From positions 57,350,001-57,414,000 of the forward strand of contig OX597820.1 in the NCBI GenBank assembly GCA_951406725.2: DNA of 64,000 nt. Reading direction: 5' to 3'. This document shows, piece after piece, positions 54,731-64,000 of this stretch; position 1 is the first letter of the stretch, and the number at the start of each line of letters is the position of its first letter. Position numbers and translations under genes: made by a program. This DNA comes from Octopus vulgaris. Lineage: Eukaryota. The notes below the pieces were generated by a model. That model saw nothing but the letters and a program-made list of their open reading frames with translations, did not search any database and was not told the origin of the DNA.

Positions 54731-55525
54731 ACTTGTTGATGTTTTTTTTATCCTTTTAAATTACTTTTAGCTTTTGGATTGGATATTGTGTTTTCTTTTT
54801 CTTTTATAGGCTTACAAAGAATAAGTCCTAGGGTCGATTTGCTCGACTAAAGGCGGTGCTCCAGCATGGCCACAGTCAAATGACTGAAACAAGTAAAAAA
54901 GTATGCAAACTTTCAAATTTAAACCCGAACACTGTATATACATCAAGCAAACTATCCGGAAATATAGATATCCTAACCAAATTATAAATAATCAGTAACT
55001 ATGTAACGTAATGACATTTCATTGGACAAAATGCCTTTAACATTGAGAGTACACTGTCTGCAGTTGTAAGTACAGTAGAAGACAATCAGCCGGCTCTTGT
55101 GTATGGACGAGCTTAGATTGTTAGTTGTCGACGTCAAACAACTGTAAACACCACTGCAAAAGGAAGCACGGATTATTCTGTAGAAAAATTGGCATGAAAT
55201 TTAATTTGCGAAAATGCACAAACGCAGTCTTGAAGAAAGAGTAAATTAACGAAAACCAATAATGTTATGTCAGATAAAGAAATAACTAATAGAGAATTAG
55301 ACCAAATAGAGACATACAAATACTTAAGAATCATTGAACCAGACGTAGTTTAGGTGCAATCATGGCTGTATGGTTAAGAAGTTCACTTTGCGAATACGTA
55401 GCTACAAGTTCGGTGCCACTGCGTGGCATCTTGGGCGTCTTCTATTATAGCCTCGGACCGGCCAATGCTTTGCCAGTGAATTTGGTAGACAGAAACTGTA
55501 TGGAAGCTGCATTTAAACTGTATTT

Positions 55526-55753
55526 AAGGCGGCGAGCTGGCAGAAAGGTGTCGGGCGAAAGGCTTAGCGGTTTTTCGTCTGCCGCTACGTTCTGAGTTCA
55601 AATTCCGGCGAGGTCGACTTTGCCTTTCATCCTTTCGGGGTCGATAAATTAAGTACCAGTTACGCACTGGGGTCGATGTATTCGACCTAATCTCCTTGTC
55701 TGTCCTTGTTTGTCTCCTCTATGTTTAGCCCCTTGTGGGCAATAAAGAAATAG
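55526..55753 (+). mobile_element. SINE type B (Nin-domain), nested in a type A SINE (about 55350-55935)
   Basis: GCCTTTCATCCTTTCGGGGTCGATAAATTAAGTACCAG; duplicated target GAAACTGTATGGAAGC on both sides. Confidence 0.85.
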
Positions 55754-56836
55754 GAAACTGTATGGAAGCCCGTCGTGTATATGTTTGTTTGTGTGTATGT
55801 CTGCATGTATGTGTGTGGGTGGGTGTTCTCTACTGCTTGACAACTGGTGCTGGCTTGCTTACGTCCCCGCAAACTCTTCAAAATGGTGTCCCACAATGGC
55901 CGCAGTCCAATGAGTGAAAGAAGTGAAAACGAAAAAGTATTAAAGATAGTGATATAAATACATAAATGAAAGGGACGAATATTATAGACGTATTAGATTA
56001 ATACTAAAACTTGAATTAAAGGTCACATACAGTGTAATAATTACTAACACTATTTATGCTCCGGTTATATATTACAACTATAATTTTTATGACAAGAAGT
56101 TAAGTATATTCGTCAGACTAGAGACTGAGAAAAGTAACAAGAAAAATAATGTTTGCATTAAGAAAGCATAACACAAAAAAGCAACATAGAACGATTATTA
56201 TTGACACAGACATGTAGGAGTCTTCGGCAGCAAGAAAACTATTATAAAATTATCTACTGGTGGACTACAAACGTATCTAGTCAAGGATAATGGGAAATTA
56301 ATATAAATACCTATAAAATGGAGTAAAAAGAAAGCGTTTTCTGTTTTTAGAAACAATGATGAATATACAACAGAGACTGGGGTAACTGACAGCTAAGAAG
56401 AAGAAGAAGAAGAAACAATAATACAGATTACTAAACTGCTACGACTTAAATTTTAAAAAGAATGGGTCTATATATTGTAGTTCTGAAGATGTAAGGAAAG
56501 TTACTGGGTGATGGTATGTCTCTCGGAGTTCGAGAAAGACGGTTCTGTACAAATGATTTGTTAATAGTGATCAAATGTATATGCTGTATATTAGCTCCCT
56601 CCCTCCATCAAATTAACGTTTCCTGAACAGGTGCACGTTGAATCACACGTCAGGTGTCGAGGCGACTGCACTGCAATGTGAGATGACGTGTTTTGCTCAA
56701 GAAGACAATACACTACCCAGTCTAAAAATCGAAACTACGATGTCGCGATCGTGAATGCAGCACCTTAACCATTAGGCCATGCGCCATTGACAAGGAAAGC
56801 TGCAGCTTGATCAGTATCTTACATGTGTGCAGGATA

Positions 56837-57067
56837 CCTATTTCTTTACAGCCCACAAGGGGCTACACAGAGGGGACAAACAAGGACAGACATAGGTATT
56901 AAGTCGATTATATCGACCCCAGTGCGTAACTGGTACTTAATTTATCGACCTCGAAAGGATGAAAGGCAAAGTCGACCTCGGCGGAATTTGAACTCAGAAC
57001 GCAACGGCAGACGAAATACCGCAAAACATTTTGCCCGGCGTGCTAACGTTTCTGCCAGTTCGCCGCC
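56837..57067 (-). mobile_element. SINE type B (Nin-domain), young
   Basis: Reverse complement of 55526-55753. Confidence 0.88.
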
Positions 57068-57069
57068 AT

Positions 57070-57725
57070 GATACCGATACACTTTTACCGAAGGACAAGA
57101 AGCGGACATAAAACGGACACGTGAACGGACATAAAGCCGAACGGACACAATAAATTAAAAAAAAAAAAAAAATCATTCCTACCTACATAATCTAATGATT
57201 AATTCACCAATTTGACACTTAAGATTTAACGAGATTAAAAATAATAATAATAAAAACATTCCTACTTACGCAGTTTAATGGCCAATTCACCAATTTGTCA
57301 CTTAAGTTTTAACGAGATTAAAAATAATCTCGAAAATATCTTCCTCTAATAAATGAAAATAATAATATTAAAAACATTCCTACCTACATAATTTAATGAC
57401 TAACTCTCCAACTTGCCACTTAAGATTTAACGAGATTAAAAATAGTTTACTATTTAATCCCATTATTTTTGTATGTTTACATTGTAAATCCAGTAAAGAA
57501 ACCTATTTAAAAATGGTTTTATGTATGTCTTTTTTCTACATTTTAGTCTGTTAAATGGTTACATTGTAGGAATAAAATGATTATCATATATTTTAATTTT
57601 CGTATGACTTTTCGGCATCTTGTCCGTTCGGCTTTATGTTCGTTCGGTATTGTATCCGTCCGGTTCCTTGGCTTCGGTTTTTTGTCCTTCGGCAAAAATG
57701 TATTCGGCATCCCGTCCGTGTACCA
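57070..57725. mobile_element. Foldback/MULE-like MITE with three internal repeats of about 75 bp
   Basis: CGGACATAAAGCCGAA-type subterminal repeats mirrored at the right end; CATTCCTACCTAC..TTAACGAGATTAAAAATA x3. Confidence 0.75.
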
Positions 57726-57845
57726 TCCTACATGACTTGGAAAAGATGAAGTAAATATAAAAAATACTAAGAACTGGTAGAGAATCCCATGATTCAATGA
57801 TGAGATGGAAGAGCGTCCATCTAATAAATGATATTTACTACCCAT

Positions 57846-58243
57846 AGGCGCAGGAGTGGCTGTGTGGTAAGTAGCTTGTTTACCAACCACATGGTTCCGG
57901 GTTCAGTCCCACCGCGTGGCACCTTGGGCAAGTGTCTTCTACTATAGCCTCGGGTCGACCAAAGCCTTGTGAGTGGATTTGGTAGACGGAAACTGAAAGA
58001 AGCCCGTCGTATATATGTATATATGTATGTGTGTGTTTGTGTGTCTGTGTTTGTCCCCTAGCATTGCTTGACAACCGATGCTGGTGTATTTATGTTCCCG
58101 TCACTTAGCGGTTTGGCAAAAGAGACCGATAGAATAAGTACTGGGCTTACAAAGAATAAGTCCCGGGATCGAGTTGCTCGATTAAAGGCGGTGCTCCAGC
58201 ATGGCTGCAGTCAAATGACTGAAACAAGTAAAAGAGAAAGAGA
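57846..58243 (+). mobile_element. SINE type A, full length, CpG-retaining
   Basis: Collinear with 8098-8497. Confidence 0.9.
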
Positions 58244-58442
58244 TACTTAGAAACATCGCTATAAGATACAGACAAGACAAACGGTATAGGTTTATCGCAA
58301 AGAGAAAAAGTGTCAGGTTGGTTAAAATGAATATTTTAGAACACACATACACTCACAAAAAGAAAAATGGAATTCTCTTCATAGAAGTGGATGAGTATTA
58401 AAAGCATAGTAGTGGTACAAGAACAAAGTCTTTCCACCAAAG

Positions 58443-58654
58443 TACGAGGTGCGTTCAAAAAATATCCAAATTCATTTTCCCCTGCCGAAACTCATATCGC
58501 GTGGGTAACAACCAGAAACTGACACGGCCTACTCGCACCAAAATTTTAATGAATGCGCAGTAAGGGTGGTGTCATTTCTCACCAAAAGAATTTTGCCTAC
58601 GTAGCATTAGTTTGGGGTGGAAAAAAATAAGTCGGATATATTTTGAACCCACTT

Positions 58655-58655
<1 letters not shown>
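58443..58655. mobile_element. mariner-type MITE
   Basis: TA-CGAGGTGCGTTCAAAAAATATCC left TIR; mirrored GGATATATTTTGAACCCAC at the right. Confidence 0.6.
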
Positions 58656-58750
<95 letters not shown>

Positions 58751-59602
58751 AGAGAGCACACATTCACAATGCATGCGCCTTACTTGTTCGCCGGTCGGCT
58801 GCGATTTGACGCCGTGGCTATTACTCATTCAAAGTGCCGGGTGTTTAAACACCTAGAAGTCATAGACAGGCGAGACGACTCACCCTGTAATCTCTGCCGC
58901 GTCAAACCGCAGCCGACCGGCGAATAAGCAAAACATATACAGTGTGTGTATGCGTTCGATAATATTTACAACACTTGCTCTGCTTCTAATTCATATTTTA
59001 ATATACATACACGTGTATATATATATATATATATATTGCTACCCAGGTATCGGTTAAATTTTGAATAATCCGTAACAAGATAATTCATTTATCCATTTCA
59101 ATATATATATATATATATATCTTCAATAATAATAAAGAGTAAAATTAATTAATTAATAATTAATAATTTTACCAAGTAATTTGGAATGTTAAAAGAACCT
59201 TTATCGGTAACCTTATACAAAAATTCTATAATTACAAGCATAATTATAATTATAAATAAGTGAGTAGAAATAAAAGTTTTTCATCTCTTTAATCCAGAAA
59301 CGCATATGTGGTTGATCAAAGCCGGGTGGATACGTTATTTTTTCTCTTTACCTACGGGAATTAAGAGTATTGTTGTCTGGGAGATATCTTATGATAGAGG
59401 AATAGTATTTAACTGCTATTTCTAAATTTCGTTATGTGGTGAAGTAATTTGGGAACCCTAATTATAATTATGCTTATAATTATAGAATTTGTGTGTGTGT
59501 GTGTATGTATATATGTATATATATATATATATATATTGTTATATTTCGGAATGGTCATATTGCCAGTTTAGCCAATAAATCTTGCACAACAAATATTTAA
59601 AC

Positions 59603-59638
<36 letters not shown>

Positions 59639-59711
59639 AATTTATGATAATGGAGAATAGAGATTTATATCCAGTTTTATTCAGCAAGTAAATTACTTCT
59701 TTTCGTTTCTG

Positions 59712-59803
59712 CACCTACACGTGTTTCCGCAGCAATCAACTAATGCACACTGCAAAATTTTGCATCCTTATGTGCATTTATTGTTAGTTGCCACTTCTGG
59801 GTG
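59712..59803 (-). ncRNA. Degenerate hammerhead motif with long stem II
   Basis: cacc-CAGAAGT-gcaact..tgcaca/tgtgca..gctgc-GAAAC-ACGT-GTA-ggtg; two core substitutions. Confidence 0.5.
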
Positions 59804-60357
59804 GAATCAATCGTAATGTTCAGATAGAATCTAAACTAAATACAAGTCCAGCCGAAATACACGTGGTGTTGTCATTGTTAAAAAAAAAATAGCCTAGATT
59901 GTGACCTTTTCAACTCTACAGCCCAAGGAATTTTAGTATTCTGCAGACATAGACCATCTTTAAATGGTGAATGGTAGTATTAATGCTTATTATCAAGTTA
60001 CCTTAAGTATGTCTTTTACTGTTATTAACATCATTCTCCCTAGTATTGCTACTTCTACAACACTTATTATTATTATTATTGATATTGTTAGCAATGAGCT
60101 ATAAGACTATTATTAAATTTGCTGATTTTATAATTAAATTAAAATTATTTAAATTTAAGAATATCGTTAATTTAATTCCCAAATTGTTCTGTAATTTCTA
60201 GAATAATGGTTAATTTATTTAGGTGTTTAATTTAATTACCTTGTCGACTTGCTATTGTTTATTTTATTTCAGTTCTAATTTTAAAATTATATATTATGCA
60301 ATTATTCAAATTTATGAAACATATATATATATAATCCGAAATATATAATATTAGATA

Positions 60358-60465
60358 TCCATCACGGCTGGTTTTACCAATCGGTTTCGCGTAAAGAACA
60401 CAATGGAGTGTCAAGTAACAAACCGATTATATAACTTTACGCTCATCAGAGTTAGCCGATATGGA
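60358..60465 (-). ncRNA. Type I hammerhead ribozyme with intact catalytic core
   Basis: CTGATGA, perfect 8-bp stem II GCGTAAAG/CTTTACGC, GAAA, stem III ACCGATTGGT, GUA cleavage triplet (predicted cut 60375/60374), extended stem I CGGCT/AGCCG and TCCAT/ATGGA. Confidence 0.8.
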
Positions 60466-60650
60466 ACAGAATACTGTAGGAGGTAGATTAACACAACTGA
60501 AGTTTGGATTGTCAGGTCGAAGTTTCGTGCAATGGGTCGACAAAGATCCAACGCTGCGAGATGGGACCCTGTGGTAAACGAACTGGAGGAGATATGCAAG
60601 GTTCTTTTCGAGCTTTTCAGACAGCTTTGCGATGACTGTACTGCCGCTGT

Positions 60651-61007
60651 CAGCCCTATGGTGACCAGAGCTCGCTCTGAGCGCCATTGAGATGACTGAC
60701 CACCGCTAGGAGCCCACAGTCAGCGCTATGGCGAGCAGAGCTCGCTCTGAGCACCATTGGGATGACTGACCCTCGCTAGGAGTCCACAGTCAGCGCTATG
60801 GCGACCAGAGCTCGCTCTGAGCACCATTGGGATTACTGACCCCCGCTAGGAGCCCACAGTCAGCATTATGTCGAGCAGAGCTCGCTCTGAGCACCATTAG
60901 GATGACTGACCCTCGCTAGGAGCCCACAGTCAGCGCTATGGCGACCAGAGCTCGCTCTGAGCGTCATTGGGATGACTGACCACCGCTAGGAGCCCACAGT
61001 CAGCGCT
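60651..61007. repeat. GC-rich 70-bp tandem repeat x5; each unit is a long hairpin
   Basis: Units start at 60651, 60721, 60791, 60861 and 60931. Confidence 0.95.
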
Positions 61008-61262
61008 TTCCAGGAAGTCCTCGAAATTTTCCAGGAATTCTCTTCCTCGGAACTTTTCAGAAAGTCTCTCATCCTCAGAAATTTCCAGGAAGTCACCGGA
61101 ATTTTCCAGGAAGTATCACCCTCGGAATTATCCAGAAGTCCCATCCTCGTAACTTTCCAGGAAGTCCTCGGAACTTTCCAAGAATTCTCTCATCATCTGA
61201 ACTTTCCAGGAAGTCTCATCGTCGGAACTTTCCAGGAAGTCTTCGAAATTTTCCTGGAAGTG
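61007..61262. repeat. Minisatellite of (CCTC)GGAACTTTCCAGGAAGT variants, about 11 units
   Basis: Directly visible. Confidence 0.85.
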
Positions 61263-61277
61263 TCATCCCTATCTATC

Positions 61278-61448
61278 TGTTGTTGATGACCATTTTGATG
61301 AACAGAAAAGCTTCTTCGGCAGTGCGATCCAGCACTGCAACTGTATGTGGACAGTAAGAGGAACTATGTTAGAAAATGAACTTCATTTGGTCACATTCGA
61401 TTGAGAGTGTCTTGCTTAGATTATGAATATTTCAGCCGAATCCTCATA
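61278..61448 (+). mobile_element. mariner 3' end fragment
   Basis: GAGGAACTATGTTAGAAAATGA (resembles GDYVEK-stop) followed by a TIR-like TTTCAGCCGAATCCTCATA. Confidence 0.5.
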
Positions 61449-61589
61449 ATAACAAAAATTATTATTATACATGCATTTTTCATGTTAACATTGGAAAAAT
61501 CCACATTTTTCATAAAAATATTAGGACATAGGTTTGCACCCCCTTAGCAAATTTTGCTGCTGGGCCACTGTATATATACATCCATATAC

Positions 61590-61808
61590 ATACAATAGAG
61601 AGATGTTTTTATTTCACTTTTAACACGTAATACTGAAATAGTGGAGAAGATATAATATTGCTGTGGGCCCGCCCTAGGCAAGAAGTTAAACATTTTTTTT
61701 GCCCATGACACTCCATGGACCCTAAGTATGTGTAAAATTTGAATGAAATTGGTTGTGTAGTTCTCAAATTTTAGGGATTCACACAGACAGACAGACACAC
61801 ATTCTCAG

Positions 61809-61815
<7 letters not shown>
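61590..61815 (-). mobile_element. Helitron-like 5' fragment
   Basis: (TA)n-TAACTGAGAATGTGTCTGTCTG..ACCAATTTCATTCAAATTTTACA, similar to the start of the 49313 element. Confidence 0.5.
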
Positions 61816-61846
<31 letters not shown>

Positions 61847-61943
61847 CGGGAAGCTTTATGAAAATAAACAAAAGATGAAGGCAGGTGGAATACAAACAAA
61901 CAATTGTATTAGTATGGCGCTCAGGAATATAAATAAAACAAGT

Positions 61944-61979
61944 CTTTTACGTTTCGAGCCTACGCTCTTCAACAGAAAG
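61944..61979 (-). ncRNA. Minimal hammerhead-like motif with variant core
   Basis: cttt-CTGTTGA-AGAGC-GTAG-GCTC-GAAA-CG-TA-aaag; stems I and II perfect. Confidence 0.65.
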
Positions 61980-62559
61980 ATACACAGAAAAGAAACACGG
62001 AGAGAAACAAGGAGAGAAAAAAATGCGTGCAGAAGCTAGCGAATCAACATGGCGATATATATATATATCAAAATAAGCAACAGGGATATCCAGAGGTAAT
62101 GCAGTACGATCGTTCCATGCAACTCCATTTAATTGAACAATGAAATCATTTCATTACATCAATTTAATATGTAGAGCAATACATACATATTGTTATCCCA
62201 TGAATAATGCGGGTTTTTTTTCATTTGCATGAACTAAATGTCTCGGAGGTGTACGGGATAAAATATTTGCATGAACTTGCAATAAAAGCAGGTAGAATGC
62301 ATTGATTTATATAATTTCAATAAACTTTTTCTCTAAACATAAGTATAATAACTATAATAATAAAGACGCATATAAAGAATATAAGAATAGAATTCAATTG
62401 ATAAGATTATATATGATATAAACTAAAAGCAATTTAAAACAATAATAAGTTAGAAGAATTTAAAATATATCTGATTACTTCTTTTAATAACCACGTGGTC
62501 CTTACTGCCTAGTAATTATCCACTACTGTTATCAATAACCTTTACAAAAATTCAAATAA

Positions 62560-63446
62560 GTTTTTGCAGTAATTTTCGTACGTTTGTCATTCAGTTTGAT
62601 AATCGAGTCATTCAAAGTCACGAAAAAAATTAGCGCCATGAAGTTAGTCATTCAAATTCGTTTTTCGATCAATTTATTTAGCACTTTGGTCAAAGAATTT
62701 AGCATTTACATCATTCAAAATAAAATGCCCGTCGAGAGCATTCAAATTAGTCAGAATGCAAGCATTCAAATTCGCACGTGAGCCTTCGAGTTCGGAATAA
62801 GTTTATTCAATTTATCTCTAATTTTAAATGTGTGTTTTTACTTGCATTCTAAGAAGTGAATATTAAAAAGATAAATTTAAATGACATGTTTTGTCATGCA
62901 AATTCTCTTGTTTTTATAACTACAAGGAAGAAATAAATTACGTGATTCTTCTGTCCACGAAAAGCTTTTTCATTGCAACATTCGTAACCGGCCAATATTG
63001 GTTACATTTTGTACCCTTTCTCTTACAACAAATTGTAACCATGGAGCCACGCGTAAGGTACATGTATATATCGGACGAAGATAGGGCAAAGCTGTTTGAC
63101 GCCTTCGAGGGGCATCAAACCGATTACCTGAAGCTGGCATTAAAAGGAGTACTGCCCGATCCATAGTAGCGACCTACCTGCGGTGTTGGAGGCACCACAA
63201 GTTGCACAGAGTAGGTGCCCACCGCGTTAAGGAAATGCGAGCCCGGCTTCAGGTGATTATTGATGCCAACCCACTCGCAACCCTTCAACAGAAGAGTGAC
63301 TTAGAGGCAGCATTGCCCGGATAGCCGCCTGTTTCCGTGTCTGCAATCTCACGAGCTCTAGATCGGATGTTGATAACTATGAAGTTGGCCTAAGACGTCC
63401 CAGATGCAAGAAATGCCTCAAGAACTCTGGAAAAGCGTTATGAGTT
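62560..63446 (+). mobile_element. IS630/Tc1-superfamily transposon 5' part with decayed HTH region
   Basis: CATTCAAA-repeat subterminal region; MEPRVRY.YISDEDRAKLFDAFE..GIKRSTARSIV..IIDANPLATLQQ..VSVSAISRAL..RNASRTLEKRYEF with stops and frameshifts. Confidence 0.65.
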
Positions 63447-64000
63447 CAGTGATCCCTCGTTTATCGCGGTATATTGGTTCCGAGACCGGCCGCGATAACT
63501 GAATTTCCGCGAAGTAGGGACACCATATTTACAGTATTTATTTAACGTGCATCTGGACTTTTAAAACCCTCCTTGCACTGTTAACAACCCACCCATTACA
63601 GTAGTCTATTAATAACAAGGAAAGCTGTTAAGCAATAACACTTAAGATTTAAAAAAATAAAGATTGTTACTGTAATCAACACGAAAGAAGTTGAAATAAA
63701 ATTTGAATGATGATGGTGATGAATTTGCTGCGCTGTAGAAATGATGAGGATGAAGCTGACGGCGGTGCCCTTTCCTGGGACACCTCTTCCACTTCTTCCG
63801 AAGGTGCAACCGTAGTAGTAGCAGTAGGAACTGGCTCTTTTTTGCGAGGCTGCAAAATCATTGTGATAGGAAGTTGCTGCTGCTGCTTCTTTTTCCGTTC
63901 AAAGAGCATATTGTAGAGATTCAAGACTCTCTTCATTGCACCTTGGGATTCGTCGTCTCCCTCCATTGTACCAATCACGGCCCCTATTAAGTTCAAATAC
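63447..64000 (-). mobile_element. pogo/Tigger transposon 3' end (TIR plus transposase C-terminus)
   Basis: TIR CAGTGATCCCTCGTTTATCGCGG; ORF 63676-63996 has LYNMLFERKKKQQQQLPITM, typical of the Tigger C-terminus. Confidence 0.7.

Larger units (their letters stand above)
48050..56560 (+). pseudogene. Second ancient R4/Dong-like LINE, broken by many later insertions
   Basis: TISRLLCMDELRLL (about 55083; ISHLLYMDDLKL), IGMKFNLRKC, ETYKYLRIIE, EYYRRIRLILKLEL and TRKIMFALRKH..NIERL occur in the expected order. The 5' extent is less certain. Confidence 0.65.

Noticed and set aside
60651-61007. CRISPR-like array
   Set aside because: Units are near-identical end to end with no unique spacers, there are no cas genes, and the context is eukaryotic.

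Overview
AT-rich, microsatellite-dense animal genomic DNA. The SINE families, (TA)n/(CA)n/(GATA)n density and repeat types point to an octopod cephalopod (inference from family recognition, not a search). No host protein-coding gene can be supported. The only intact long ORF is the reverse-transcriptase/C-terminal part of a CR1-group LINE (1-1425). The rest is nested transposon debris: four tRNA-derived SINE types, Penelope-like elements (PLE; RT and GIY-YIG relics), two ancient R4/Dong-like LINEs, an RTE fragment, Tc1/mariner, pogo/Tigger, Helitron and foldback/MITE elements. The least expected signal is about 15 type I hammerhead-ribozyme-like motifs, mostly in inverted PLE-type terminal repeats inserted in (TA)n. 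They include (i) a tRNA-headed SINE carrying a hammerhead (31.6-32.1 kb) and (ii) a core-intact hammerhead with a built-in antisense segment, next to a 70-bp hairpin array (60.4-61.3 kb). Also notable: a covarying LINE/SINE 3' stem-loop, a SINE-tail-built foldback element, a templated insertion and a CpG-decay boundary near 44-47 kb. Coordinates of degenerate elements are approximate and all alignments were done by eye.
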